DNA of 64,000 nt from assembly GCF_052425735.1 (NCBI RefSeq), contig NC_135768.1, forward strand, positions 496,001-560,000. The letters run 5' to 3'. This stretch comes from Oculina patagonica (Eukaryota). The notes under the pieces were generated by a model. The model was given only the letters and a program-made list of their open reading frames with translations. It was not told the DNA's origin and made no database searches. Positions 48,834-63,333 of this stretch are shown here, one piece after another (the stretch's first letter is position 1; every line of letters starts with the position of its first letter). A program made the position numbers and the translations under genes.

Positions 48834-51800
48834 ATAGAGGGGGTTACAATACTGTATTTAACGTTCATAAATTATTTGGAAACCAATTTCTCTGTTGAAA
48901 CCGAGCCAGCAGTTTTGTCAGCGGCTGTTACTAAGCAACGCGACGTGTTCTGGTGGCAATTTAATGATGTAACAGTGCGCGTGCCTGGGCTAGTTTTTGA
49001 AAAGACATACTCGTAGCTAAGGCTACGTTGCCATAAGTCTAAAGAAGCCGATGCCACATTGGAATCCGTACAAATGCTTCTGAAATCGTGTTTGAGCTGC
49101 AAAGTAAATAACAAAATGCCAAAGGTATAAAGTATTACACGACACGTAAACTGATACTGTAACAAACTCCAGAACTTACAAACTGTGGCTGTATATTCCA
49201 TGATTCTCTAAGGTATTAAGGTATTCAATTCTCTAAGGTATTATGTCACAACTTCAAAAAAAAACTGCAAAAAAAGAATGCGCGTTCAATCACCGTAATT
49301 CTAGTTGCTATAATACTCCGAGTTTACAGGCTAGATTGCCCTTTTTTCTGAAGGGGGTGGGGGGGGGGGGGGGTGAGACCAACACTAGCATAACAACAGT
49401 AATATGGCTTATGCTGTGGTCGAATTATTTTTATTTGAAATTTTTCGCACCAGTTTGGTTTTTATTTCTCTTTGTCTCAGATTATAAAAATGAATACAAA
49501 AAAACGCACACTGGTTTGCGTTTAAACCAAAGATAGATTTTAACCACAGCATATATGTTGTAAAAGATCTATTTCTTCTCAAGTTCTCATTGTGAGGTGG
49601 TAAATCTGGCACCTCACAAACAATTAATAAGATGTGCACAGAAAATAAGTTTACTTTGTAGTTAAACCTTTTCACTTGCACTTCATTTCAACACAGTGAA
49701 GGTTTAAGTTGTTAATAACCTTATCCATTTACATGCTGGCTTGTTCCAGGCTCTCGGTAGTTGGGGGAGAGAGCGAAAAACGCGGGCGAGCAAGGAAAAA
49801 ACGAGGGGGGGGGGGGGGGGAACAAAGGCCCGCGTTTTTTGCTTTTCCAACTACCGAGAACCTGAAACAATATGCATGTGGTTTAGCGTCTTTCCGAACA
49901 TTTGCATACAGAACAATAAGTTACTTATCTTAGGTTAATTATTACTTGTGTACTTATCGCTCGCTCGGTCTGTTACAAAGAACAGCTCACGGGCCGCTGC
50001 CGGTATTTCTCATAGTATTTTATCTGGCATTGGTTTATCCTTCTCTTAAAGTGAATAGGTGAGTTCAGTGATTCTGTAGTAACCTTTTAACATGGCTGCA
50101 TTTACGGGACCCGGAAGATTTCTACCAAATTCTATTAGCTATAGATATTCAGAGTGTTTTACTATACGTTCACGGCACTGTTCTAGCTCTACAATTGTTT
50201 TGTCCTGTTTTGGAAATTCAATAATCCTCTTCTTGTAAATGTCATATTGTTATGGCATTTTAATTCCGTGTGTCTCTGGATAAAATGACCATTCAATCGA
50301 GAGCTTTTGAGCGTCAATTTCACGGTCAATACTGTCCGTTTAAAATCGATTTTTCCCAAAGGGAAATTCTGGAAAAAAAAAAACTGTTGGATTAACTCAG
50401 TAATCAACTCGTACCCGACCGCGGTTAAGTAGTCAATTGTCGCCACGAACGGTAGGCAGTGTACAGTCAGAAATCAAGGGTTTATTTCAGTCAACTTCGA
50501 CCAGTCACGTTTGCAAGTTTTCAATTACAAAATCTGCAGCAAGATTGTTGCTACCACTGTTTATCTTCAATAGCTTTCGACGTTACTTAGTGATCAGTGA
50601 GTTCATGTGAAGCACTTTAAAAAGACGGGTTTTCTATGTTTCTATTTAATTAGTCAGATCGAGCCTTTGAAATTGGTTTTATCAAGAGAACTTTATGAAA
50701 ACAATTCATCTTGCCTTGAATGATATACTATGCATGCAGCGGCAGATTTTTTGTTTACGTTTTTACAACAACTGTCGATTACAAATAACAATAGACTGAC
50801 AATACAATTGAAAACTTATTGAAATGAATGGATGGATCTTTTTTGTAGCCTTTGCAAAGAGGACATTAATAGAGCGAGATAAAAGGTAACAAGAGTAGAA
50901 TCACTTTTGTTCAGTTTTATTTAACAAGCTTTTATTCGTATTTTCTAAAACTGTCTGCGAAAAAAATATCAGTCAGTCATTTTCACCTGGTCAGGTACTC
51001 CCACTGAAAATTACGCGACCTGTGATCTCTCCGACCCTGCACGGATCTAGTACCATCCAGGGGCTTCAGGAGACCAGTCGTGGGATCCTGCGCATCCTAG
51101 GGAACTTACTTGCCCCCCCCCCCCCAGGGGTAGTTAATCGAGAAAAAGGCCGAGCGGCAAAATCTCCAGCTTACATTTCGACACTGTAGTCATCATAGAA
51201 AAATTGTTGGATAGCGACAGACTTGAAAAATAGCCTGCGTAAATAGAGGAAGGGAGTAGTAAGGGATTGTGGGAAATAGAGGAGTGAAAACGTAGTGGAG
51301 TGGGGAGGGGGGGGGGGGGTGTAGGCAGGCTACTTGAAATATACAACTGATGAGAACATTTTTCTTGGCGCCACTTGACACTCAACACGATTTACGGTTG
51401 ACTGACTGGCCCGTTGACATAAAACTAGACTAAAGTATGCCTCGAAGTGAAACTTAATATAAGTTCCATGTAAAATAATATAAAAACACACAAAGTTGTG
51501 ATATAAATTCGCTTGTGTCCAATGCTGTTTTTCATGAATGCAACTGAAGGTAACTTTTCGCAATGTGAAGCGAGAATTGTTCTAAGGAAAGAAGGGTAGA
51601 ACTTATCCAGCACAGCTTGCCAGGAAGTCAACTTTTGTAAAAACTTCTATTTTTTTCGAAAATAAAAAAAAAATTTGGTGACATGGTGTTTAGTATTAGA
51701 ACACGCTAGAGGACAATAATGTTTTTTTTTTACATGTAAGGCCCGCAGCAATGAACAACTTCAACTGGAAAATTATTAGCAAAAACTCACACTTCTTTTG

Positions 51801-54800
51801 TTATTTTGCAAATTACACCTGTCGGCCAATAATAAAAACATTTGCAATTTTAATTTCGTTCTTATCAGAGAAAGCTACCTTTCGCCTGAAGCCAGATATA
51901 TTTATTACCTGTTCGTGTCGGTGATAAGATTCAATTTTCCCCGTGGTTCCTTCGACGGAACAAATCTTCACCAAGCATTTGTTACAAGGCAGGCATCAGG
52001 CTAATCAAGGAACTGGCATTGACGACTTGAATTGTTCCTGGCTGCTTGTGCTGGTACTGAAGCGAGACAAAGGATCACTAGCGTATCCCAGCGACTCTTG
52101 ACAAAGGTACAATTGCTGATATCATATCTTTTCCTTCACTGACAAAAGCAGTAATAATTACCACGATCGACTTCTCTTTTTTGTTTGCTTGTGCCCAGTA
52201 AAACTCGAAACTGAAATCAAGATACTTCGCGCGAAACTAAAATTTTGGCCAAAGACTTTTACAGGAACCGCCAACCTATCTCGTCCCAGGTTCTCTCTGC
52301 AAATCAAATTCAAAACGGCGGCTGCTTTGGCCTGGTTATTTATTGTTGATTTCTCAGTATCACAAGCATATTTTTAAATCACTAACGAAATTATGTATTT
52401 TATTCAGTACATTGTCAGCAAAGCATTATTGATGTTGAGTTTTTGGCTCGTCCTCGGTGTAAGAACCTGTGAAACTCACCAGTGACGTCAAACAAAGAAA
52501 CACAAAGACACAAAGAGCCTCGAAACAATACAAGGCAGGAAAACAATAAATCCAAATAAACAAAAATCTCGAAAGCTTTACACTGGGGTAAACACAAGTT
52601 TTTTAGTCCGCCTAATCAATCTGAGGTGTTTTGCCTTCACATTCTGTGAATTTAGAGTTGCATCAAGGCAACACCCTTAGATAAAATATATGTTTTTTTT
52701 TTCGACAAAATATCGATTTCCTATAAAAAAAAATACAAGGTGATCACAAGGGTTAATTATTGCTCAATGCGGGCAGGAAATTAAATCGACAGGACGTTAA
52801 TTTCAGCGCGTTTCTTGTATTTACAGTATCTTTAGCTTCTGTAAATAGCTAATAAACTGCTGGCGATTTTTGAAACCTGGGCTGAGACGGTGGCCATAAA
52901 TAACATAGTGTTTCTATAAATATAACTTATTTACAAATCTGATGAGTCAGCATCGAGGGGTCGACGTTGGACATGCACTTGTGCCAATGGACTCTTTTGC
53001 AAGAAGTCATTACTGAACGTTGAAACAGGACGGATGTCTAGAAAGATAATTATATAGAAGTATATTCGTTTTTGCTGAGAGGTTTTCGTCTCATGCATGT
53101 CAGTCGTATGATTGTACATTTCAGACGTGATGTGCTAGCAGATGACTCTCTGATTTCCTGTTCTTTTCTAAGCGCCAGGTGAGTAAGATGTTCGAGTCTT
53201 TGGACAGCTTTAAAGTGGCAAAGAACATTTGGCTTTTCCGCCATTCAAATCCGCATGGGCACGTAGAATGAAAATTGAAAATAAAAACAATGTAAAAAAA
53301 TAATGAAAATGTAAAATATATAACACACGAATCAAACAAGGAAAAGGAAATCAAGTTTTCAGTGTGGCATCGGAATATTTCGTTATCCTGCCCAGTCGAA
53401 TTGCACTTCCCTTGAAACTTATAGATTCATTTTATTTCCTAGTTTTTGTTTCTTTTACTTCTCTTCCAAAAAATCGAGGTGATTTTTTCAGAGGAAATGA
53501 AGTTTTTATTGAAAATGATGTTTCTTGTACTGAACAAACATAGATGGTTTTAGAGCATTTCATAAACCACGTTTCTATACTGCCTGTTCCTAATTATTTT
53601 TAAACCTGAAATTGACAGACACTTGTTTTCTTTCCGGCCACACGGAAATATATATCAAGCCACAGTTTTTACCCCCTGTTTCAATCTTGGCATCTTTCCT
53701 TACTAAAAAGAGGAGGTTCAAGACTCCTAGCCTTTTTGGGAGTCGGTTCAAACGCAGGCTCGCAAAAGGATGGAAAATAAAATAGAGATTTTTTGCTCAC
53801 AAAGGCAGGGGGGAAGGGCCCCCTGACTTCGATTCGCCACGTATTTATGAAGCGAGGACAGATAGCGAGGCTGATGTGTTTCTTTGCGGAATATCGCCTG
53901 ATACCTAGCCGACGAGGCCGTAGGCCGAGTTGGCTAAAATCAGACGATATTCCGCCGATTGAGCAGGATAATTGTTTTATTATTCAACAAACTGTCAAAG
54001 AAACACATTTTGCAGATAGAAAACTGTAATTATGCAGCGCTTTACAAGATTTCGGACGAATCTTCGCAACCTACGTATATCGCAGGATATCTGTTATGTA
54101 CGGATGACAGATAACGTTAAACATTTTGACCATATATGGGCAGCGCGCGCATGTGTTGAATAATAAATATAAGTAAATGCAATAAAAAAAATGCTACAAT
54201 GAAGCGCATGTTAAAAAAAAATGAATATTTTTTTCATTTTGGTCGTTCGTTATCCGTCTTAATCCTTCTCAGTCGTAACTTTCCTTGTTTATTTTCGATT
54301 TAGCACTACCTCTTTGGTCCTTTTGTACCTAAGGAAAGTATTATTTTAAAGTTTCCTTCACTTTGAAATAGCGTGACACAATAGCTGTTTTTAAGCATAC
54401 ACTTCGAGAGAGCCAAGGGCAAAAATCTCAAAATTCCATTCCTTTTATTGAAATGAAACCATTTTATACTCTGCTTTATTTATGACCTTTAATTGCACCG
54501 GAAAGGCTTGTTTCCTTCAGGCACATCCGTTTCCGGAACGCCCTTCCTTTTCAAACTGGAAACGTGACCGAACAGCAGAGCATTGGAGTGCACTTCCGGC
54601 GACTGGTGACCAATTGGTATTCGAAAACGAGGCCAACAGCCAAAAATTCCTGAACCGCTGAGCAATGTACACTTTACATGTTCGAAATAACACCTCGAAT
54701 ATCTGAATTACTTGGTGTGAAATTATTCAAGGTTTGTTCGACTTTCGCAGGGCACGATTTCTTTTTATGGCGTAAAGGAATTCCTGCGTATTTCCTCCAC

Positions 54801-55283
54801 CCCTGGCAAAGCAATCTTAGTTTCCGGTAACTCAGCTGAAATGTCCACTGAATGTCACACCACGCACTTTGCTACGTAACACGTTTTAGTTCAGTGAGCT
54901 ACGACGTTTGAGATTCAAGCACGATTGTTTGGTGGCGAAATTGTTATGGAAATTCTACGTAGATTCAGTTGACATGTCGTGTAACACGAAGCCTTGTAGC
55001 AAGCCATGAGGTGAAAAGTTGTGTGTTTGTGCATGATGAGATATCAAGTTTTGAAATCAAAGTTTTAACATTAACATGGACAGCGAAGTCGACGAAAGCA
55101 GTGACTGCTTCTGTCAATTATGCAGCTTGGATTTTACGACACGAGGAGTAAGTTCAAGATTTGCTTTATCAAACTAGTTTTGTACATCACACGAATTGTA
55201 TTTGCTATGCTTCATTTCTTTGCTTCGAAATATGCAACTGTCGATCCATATTTCGGGGATTGTGTACAGAGTTTGTAAGGTTA

Positions 55284-56281
55284 CAGTCTGTTGCCCAGTT
55301 TCCGGCCACTTTAGTTTGCAATCGCTATAACTTCTCATTTATTCAAGGAAAGTTACTCAGTTTTTGTTCAAAGATAGTTCATTTACTTACCTTAAAAATA
55401 TACAAAGATTGGCTGCGCTCGACAAGTATTGAAGAAATTATGCCATTTTTTGCAAAACTAGTAAGTTGCCCAGTTTCCGGCCAGGTGTTCCAGTTTCCGG
55501 CCGTCGAACTAAAACACATTTTTCCCTGCAACCGCTCGACTTTAACCGACTTGTCAGTGCCTTGGCAAACGAATAGCAAGTTTCAATATCAGTTTATTCG
55601 ACTTTGCTTTCTCGTCTGCCGTTTTACGGAACATTTCCTCGTCAATGACCCGTTAGCGTTTCGTTCGCTTATTAGGATATATTGGCAGTGTATACATATA
55701 AATGTTGTAGTTTATCACGCTATGCTTGCTTTAGCTGCTTTTGTACTCTTTGCTACATTTTCATTTCATTAATTTCTCGAGCAGGAGATACTAAATTTCA
55801 GTTATTTCACTTAATAAACATGATTTTGAACAACATGCTACTTGGTGGCCGGAAACTGGCACAGCGAGTCCAAATCTTTGTTCAAACTCTGACTTCTGGA
55901 ATTCAGAAACAGCTGAATTCTGGCTTGTGATGACAGAACCCCTAATTAGTTTCATCTTTACTCTAAATTATGTCAAAAAATTACGAAGCTTCTCGAAACA
56001 TTTCCTACGAAATGAGCTCTTTGTTTATGTACGGTAGCTTTGATGTGCAGTGAAAAGCGCAAAAATTAGTCGCTAAATGTTTACTCGCGTAAACAAAGCT
56101 CAACCTTGCTCGGCCGTTTCTTGTCCCAAAAGCCTGCCAAAACCATCAATTTGTAGCTGAAATGTTCCTTTTCTTGTTGCAAAGGTTCGGTGGACGAAAA
56201 TAAAACATATCTACGAGAATAACCGACGAATATATTTTTTGGCCGGAAACTGGTACCGGCCGGAAACTGGGCAACAGACTG
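55284..56281. mobile_element. ~1 kb TA-target non-autonomous Tc1/mariner-type element
   Basis: TA|CAGTCTGTTGCCCAGTTTCCGGCC ... GGCCGGAAACTGGGCAACAGACTG|TA; internal repeats of CCAGTTTCCGGCC. Confidence 0.88.
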
Positions 56282-56968
56282 TATCTGTTAGATGGGGTCT
56301 TTATTTACAAGTGGATCACACAGGCACAAAACACTGTATATTGTTTCGTCTGGATCAATTGTTCGTTTTGTCTGTCAAGCTTATCAAAACAGCGTGAGTT
56401 CGTGAGTAGATTATTCTGATAATCTGGTATTTACGAAATGTCAAGAAGTTATATATCAATTTTTGGTAAGATTGTCAATTTCAAGATTCGAATATTTTAG
56501 AAAACGGTTCTCTCAACAAGCAGTGACTCTAGAATTGACTGATCAGTTCGAATAACACATTGTTATTATTCTCTTCCTCAAATTATGATCAGATTGGAGA
56601 GAACAAGTTAAAAAAAAATCTGTTGAATTAGCTAAGAATTTTAAAAAATATATTGCTTGTTCAGTAACCTTGACCTTGGCTAACTGTCTTGCACACAGCA
56701 GTTTGAAATTTGTACCACGAGCCTAAGGATGCAAACACTGCATAAGCTCGAGGATAAATAGTAAATCCATGACTATAAGCTCAGTTATATCCAGGGTGCA
56801 TTCCATGGGACTCTCATGCCAAAGACACACCAAGATTTTAAAGGATTAAGGAGTGAAGTAGGCAAGATCTTTGGCATAACCTGCACAGAATGCAGCGTGG
56901 TGTACTGTTCATGTCTGAGAATCTGACGTCAAATAATTTTTATAAAATATGATTCCTAAGAATGTACT

Positions 56969-57126
56969 CCTGGCCCCAGTTGTTCAAAGGGTGGATAATG
57001 CCATCCACTGGATAAATCACTATCCGTTGGATAGCGTCCATGTAGTTTGTTTTGTCAACACTTATCCGCTGGATAGGCATTTATCCAGTGGAAAACGTTA
57101 TCCATCCCTTGAACAACTGGGCCCTG
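56969..57126. mobile_element. Palindromic MITE
   Basis: GGCCCCAGTTGTTCAA..GGATAA.. / ..TTATCC..TTGAACAACTGGGCCC. Confidence 0.8.
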
Positions 57127-58413
57127 ATGTACAAGGGCAAAAGATTTTACCAACTTTGTAGTTGCAAGGGGTTACATTTGCTGGAAAGTGTGGAGCCGTT
57201 TTCTTGTTCATACTTTTTTGCAGACAAATGTATAGAAACCCAAAAATGTGACTACATGCATGTTGTCTGTATTTTTAGAGGTCAAGTTTGTAAATTTTGA
57301 TCCCTTCAGGACCAAGTGATCTTTCTGTAAGAGGAAAATAATTATGTTATGGAGGTAGACTTGATGTGAATTTTGAATCGGTCTCTCTGTGTGACCAAGT
57401 GACCTGTCTGTAATATGGAGATTTGTATATTATGGCCAATGATTTTCTGTTCAATACATGTATGTCATTTTATTTTTATAAGTGATGTACATGTCAGTAG
57501 TGTTTGGTAAACCATTCAGTGAGCAACTTAAAATAAGTTTTACAATAACTGATAAATAAAACATAGTCACCATATTGAAAAGAATTACAATTTATTTAAC
57601 CAACCAAATGCGTATAAATTTAAGTTTTATTTAACAAATGCACCTGCACAGTTAAATTTTATGTCACAAATAATATAACTCTAATCAGTTAAAAAGCCAT
57701 GTTTATCCAGGTGTAAAATGAACAAAACCATGCTTTACTGTTTTTTTTACTGTCTTGAGAAATCTTTTCTCTTGCAACCTAAACTTATTTTGTGTTGTCA
57801 AATGCTGATTGTTTTTTATAGTATATCTGTACATTGGCTTTGCCATCTCTGTGACTAAAGTAGAGAAAGTTTTGCCATTTCATTAATTTAGGTCTCTCGA
57901 ATATTACGTTCATGAACCATTGAACCATTCATAATAACAAAGTTGACTGCATCCATGAACACAGAAATAGAGTTCATAATCTTGACTCTCCTGGACCAAG
58001 TGAACTGTTTTTTTAAGTAAATAAGACTTCAAGTCCAAGTGACTCCATCCAAAAATTAACAATTTACTATCCATGCTGCTTGCTGTGGTACAGTGTAGTT
58101 CTGTATATTTGTTCAAGTTGTTACATTTATGCACTTATTCTTGGCAAATATCTATTTTGATCAACTATCTCTTTGTCAATGTATTGAAATTTTGAGGTGA
58201 ATTTAGAACTGACTGTGCCTTTCAAGAACACATGAACTCTGCTCAATTTAACTGTTACATTTTTTGCTGCCATTAATCATCTAAGCAGTCCCTCAGGAAA
58301 CAGAAGTTCACTTCAACCAGTTCAAAAGGTTTCATCTGTCAGCTGTGATTGACAGATTTTAATCCATTTTTTTTGTCTCTGTTTATCAAGGTTCGTTGGC
58401 TGTCACTATAATT

Positions 58414-58594
58414 ATGACGGATGACGGCAAGAAAGGCAATAATTGCTTAGGGTTTTGAACTTCAGAGTTTGTGTGTTATTGGGCGCAGTAAAGAGTTCAC
58501 TAGTGAACTGATGTTGAATTATGTTTTCGCAGGAGTTGGAAGAGCACACATGGTCTATGCTACACAATACAAACCTTAACAGAAAACAAGGAAG
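58414..58594 (+). pseudogene. ZNF106: ZNF106-like first coding exon (zinc finger 1), disrupted
   Basis: ATG 58414; TGA 58456; EFVCYW/(R)SKEFTS/SQELEEHTWSMLHNTNLNRKQGR spread over three frames; phase-2 donor GTATGT at 58595 matches the acceptor ending 60536. Confidence 0.65.
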
Positions 58595-59148
58595 GTATGT
58601 CAATTCCACATATCATTTTAAGTTTTAACTTGGTAATCTTACCCTATAAACCCTGTCACTTCCAGAGCCAACTTAGCTGGAGTCAATATTGAGACTTACT
58701 TCAAGGTAAAACAACTATTCAAATAAAAGCTATTACTGCTGCTATCAGTCACTCGTGACCTACAGAGCAAAAAGTCTACATAAAAGTTTGAGTTTTAGTG
58801 GATGTCACTCAATCATCTTTGCTGAAAATGTGAAAATTTACTCAATTTTCACCAAACTCAGGACTACATTGAACGCTGGAATACATCCTAGTTGACCAGA
58901 TGAACACACTTGATAAGTCTGAATTAATTTTTTTTTTTGCAATCATGTTCTATTTATAACAGCATAATTTTCTTCGATAGGCTGACATTTGAGAAAGAGG
59001 CCTGCTTGATTAATTCCAAGGATTCTGACTTCATATATTTTTAATTCTTTTTTTATATTTCTTTTTCATTAATAGTTATATGTTTAGTTAGTGTAATAAT
59101 TATTTAATGGCAGGTCCACACCAGCCTTTATGGTTGCCCTATGAGACC

Positions 59149-59327
59149 NNNNNNNNNNNNNNNNNNNNNNNNNNNNNNNNNNNNNNNNNNNNNNNNNNNN
59201 NNNNNNNNNNNNNNNNNNNNNNNNNNNNNNNNNNNNNNNNNNNNNNNNNNNNNNNNNNNNNNNNNNNNNNNNNNNNNNNNNNNNNNNNNNNNNNNNNNNN
59301 NNNNNNNNNNNNNNNNNNNNNNNNNNN
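59149..59327. other. Assembly gap (N run)
   Basis: 179 N. Confidence 1.
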
Positions 59328-60184
59328 CATGTTTTCAAAAAATTATGGCTGGATTTTCCCACAAATGTATTTTTTATATAATACTCAAAACAAATAAAAA
59401 ACTAAAACCTCAGTTGTAGGTTGTCCACTAAAATTATGTTACTTATTTTGGGCTCTTATGACTGGAAATAGCGTAGTTAAATTTTAGTCTGTTTTTATTG
59501 TAAATATCAATTTTAAGTCTTTTTATTATTATTATTTTTATTTATTTTATGCGTCCCCTGTTAGTAGAGAGTAATTCACTCTCGGCTAGAATTGCTCTGA
59601 CAAATTAATAAAGTTGTTGATTGATTGATTTCTCATTCCTTTGTCACAATCATCAACGGTTGCTCCCATGCATGAAAGAACACAAAAATGTCTGGCAAAT
59701 TTACACACTCACGAAATCATTTTTCTACTTATTTTATTTCTGGTTATGGAACACAAAACAACTTACGTTTTGTTGACTTAAGTAACAAGTTTCAAACACG
59801 TGATTTTAAATGTCCATGGGATTTTGAGATTAGATACAACTGGGAGGTGGAGATGATTGGCATCCACTAAAACTCAAACTTTCGTCTAGACTTTTTGCTC
59901 TGACGGTCGCATGTGATTAATAACTGCTACAGGTAAGCAGTGCATTTAGAAATGTTTGTCATAAAGTGTACAAGATGATTCCACTCTCAGAGTTGCTCTT
60001 TCTTGCTTAGCTCAAAAGTTGTGTCGAACTCTCGCTCAGGAGGGGAAGGACTCCCACATGAAAGAAATGGGGATGCTCTTCCTCTCACTTATGGGCCAAA
60101 ATTACAGAGTTTGGTCTTGCATAGTTTTCAGGACAGAACACCAATATTTTTGGTTTCAAATTTAAATGTTTTCAGTACTTAATT

Positions 60185-60494
60185 GGGAGGCACAGTGGCC
60201 TATTAAATGGTTAGTGCACTGGACTTTTTTAGCCCTGGTCTGGGCCACCATGCTGTGCTGGATTTACTTTCACTGTGCCTTTCCCTACCCAAGTGTATAT
60301 TAATTGGGTACTGGCATATTTGATGCTGTAGATAACCTTGCAAAGAACTACATGTAGCATCCCATCCAGAAAGGGGTGGGGGGTGGGGTGGGGTGTAGAA
60401 ATACTGCGAGTCACTTCACTCAAGCCATGGAAACCAAGATAAGCCTTAGCCTGATGGGCCAGTACACTCTAACACAGTCTTTACCTTACCTTTA
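60185..60494 (+). mobile_element. Degenerate copy of the CORE-like SINE
   Basis: Similar to 45331-45628 (GGGAGGCACAGTGGCC..TAGCATCCCATCCAG..CTTTACCTTACC). Confidence 0.75.
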
Positions 60495-60536
60495 AGGTAT
60501 CCAGTAATTGAACTTTTTTTTCCTCTTTTCTGTTAG

Positions 60537-62880
60537 AGATTGTGTACATCCTTGTAGCCTATGCAAGGAGCAGTTTATTGGACTTTTGGAATTTACAAGT
60601 CACCTACACAGCGATAATCACCAGGAAAAAATTCATCAGTGGCGAAAAGACCAAACAAGAGTGGAGCCCAGATAAACAGCAGCAAGACAGCCCAGACAAA
60701 CAACAACTAAGATTCCCGATATCAAAGAGGAAGATAGGCCACCATCTGACTGGGCCACAGATGATTTGTCAGGTGTGATAGATTTCAGCGATCAAGGTGA
60801 GGAACAAGACATGGGTGACAATCGCTGGGCAAGTGGGCGTGGCAGGGGTTCATCAAGAGGTATACCTAGTCTTTTGGGGGATCCGCCTGCAGTTAGATTT
60901 CCCTACCAAGAACAGCAAGATGTGAGAAGGGGTATGCCGCCAGGCCAGCCATGGCAAAATGGCAGATGGGAGGCAAATGGCGAATATTATGACAGAGACT
61001 TTTCAAATGAGGGTCATCCAATGTGGGATGATGGTCCAAGGGAGCCACAGAGAGTATTCAGAGATGGCCCTTGGTACAATCCAGGGTGGCCAGAAATGAA
61101 CGACACAAGGAACTCTGATAGATGGCAAAATGAAAGACATCTTGGAAATAGAGATGGAGAAAGGTTTTCATCAAGAGACAGTTCCAGACCTTACCCTAAT
61201 GATAACTTCCCCGACAACTATGCCCAAGGTCCAAGGCGAAGAGATTCTTTTGAAGGTGATTCAGAGGCTCGACCACGGTATGAAGGTCAACGACGTGATC
61301 TTAGGGAGAGAATCGGGAATCGTAACAATAACTCGTCACATCCATCCTATAATGGACGACGAGAAATGAAAAGTGTGGTTGGATCAAGTTTCTTAACTTC
61401 AAGAGAAAATGAAGGAAGACCTAATTCTCGAGGTAGCAGGCGTGAAGGTTCTTCAAGTAGAAGAGGGAGGCATGCACCTCCTGACAAACATGACCAAGGA
61501 AGAAGAACTTCACAGGAAACAAACAGAAGAGATTCCAAGGAAAAATCACAACAAAAAACAAGTCCTTCTTCAGAGAGTCCTAGTGGAAAAAGTGGAAGGA
61601 AAAGTAGTAAACCAAGAAAGGTAACACGATCTGAAGAAAAGAAAGATGTCTCTTCCACCAAGGATACTGCTGTTAAAAGTGTTGAGGCCAATTTGCAACC
61701 AGCTAAAGACAATATGTTAGAAAGAAAGAAACAAGAGGAAACTGCGGTAACAGAGAAAGAAAAAAGTGGAACAAAATCTACATCTGCGTCTGCTTCAAAA
61801 TCTACTGTTGGAGGTGAAAAAAATGATAGTAAAATAGAAAAAGCAAATATCGAACCCAGTGACTCGAAACAAGGGACAACATCAACAAAGCCTCTGCCAA
61901 AGAAAGAGATGGAAGATTCCAAAGAGAATACTTCCTCATCAGTAAAAAGAGATTGTTCTTCATTACCCAAAAGGGATTCCCCCTCATCAATCAAAAAGGA
62001 TTCTTCAACATCCAAAGCGAATTCCACCTCATCAGCCAAAGGAAATTCCCTCGCGGATTCCCCTCCAGCAAAACGTAGTCCACCTTCATCCGCCAAAGGG
62101 TATTCACCTTCATCGGCCAAAGGGGATTCCTCTTCATCAGCTAAAGGGGATTCATCTTCATTAACCAAAGGGGATTCCCCTCCGTCTTCCAAAGTGGATA
62201 CCTCTTCATCAATCAAACGCAATCCACCTTCACCCACCAAAGCGGGCTCACGTTCATCGGCCAAAGGGGATTCCTCTTCGTCGGCTAAAGAAGACACTTC
62301 TTCATTAACCAAAGAGGATTCAACACCATCCCTTGAGACAAAAGGAGGCTCTATGATTACAGTTCAGGAGAAGGAAGATCCTGAAAAAGCTTCAAACAAA
62401 CAAAAAGACTCCTTGAGCTCTCTGAAGGACAAAGATAAATCAACAGACTCGTCAAAGGAGAAAGAAGAACTAAATTTACCATTTCATGCGAAAGAAACGT
62501 TAGTCACATCTCTTGACAAGAAAAATAACCTCTCTCAAAACTCCAAGAAGGTAGTAAAAACATTGCCAGAACTCAGTGACGAAAATAATGTACCAATGCC
62601 AAAAGTAGGAGAAGATTATCTGTCATCAACAGGGAAAAAAAATGACCAGGCCTCATCGGCGTCTTATTTCAGTAAAAATACCAGTTCTTCAGTACCAGGA
62701 AGTGGAAAAGAAAAAACAGTTGATAACCAAGCTGCCAACATTTCCAGTAAAAGTAAACATAATGACACAGTAACCTCTTCAGCTACAACCACATCTGGTG
62801 TGGGTTCGTTACCATGGGAACAGCGAGAGGAGGAACTAAGGACTTTGCTTGGCATAAAGAAAGAACCAAAGGATAACGAG
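60537..62880 (+). CDS. ZNF106: ZNF106-like large exon: zinc finger 2, in-frame TAA at 60673, then RG/W-rich and Ser/Lys-rich low-complexity region
   Basis: Polypyrimidine acceptor tgttag; DCVHPCSLCKEQFIGLLEFTSHLHSDNH (C-x2-C-x12-H-x5-H) in the same frame as the 770-aa ORF; donor GAG|GTACTG at 62881. Confidence 0.72.
61925..62330 (+). repeat. Coding 24-bp (8-aa) tandem repeat, consensus SSSSAKGD
   Basis: SPSSAKGD SSSSAKGD SSSLTKGD SPPSSKVD ... SSSSAKED TSSLTKED. Confidence 0.85.
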
Positions 62881-63333
62881 GTACTGTACGTGTACAATGA
62901 TCAAAAGTTCTTAGGACACTTGGCAATAATGACAAAACCCTTGGAAGGGATAAGTGATTGTAAAATTTTTAAAATCATTAAAAAAAAAATTCTCTCTGCC
63001 TCCAAGAAAATTAAAATATTCTGGCTAGGTTGGATGGATAAAAATCAACATTTACTTGGGATGGGGCAGGGAAGGTGAAGAAAACGCTCATCTGTCAGCC
63101 ATCATTAGAAGTGTCCCAAGCCTTCTGACCACCAATGTAGTCGTGATTGCCACACAAAGGGTAGGGTATGACATGGGGTAGAACATGCTTTTAGTTATTG
63201 TTTTGTTAGTCCTACGTACAGATACGTGAAGTTATATCATCCCTCTGGCACATGTTTTAGGTTGCTTTTCTTAACTTTGAACTTGGGCGTTAAAAGGCTA
63301 AAATTTTAAGGGTCGTATATTTTTTCCTTTCAG

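Noticed and set aside
55161-55772. 203-aa ORF
   Set aside because: Crosses the MITE boundary; no transposase motifs
61347-62312. 321-aa antisense ORF
   Set aside because: Shadow of the Ser/Lys repeat exon
62881-63078. C-terminal 65 aa of the 770-aa ORF
   Set aside because: Read-through into an intron after the GAG|GTAC donor
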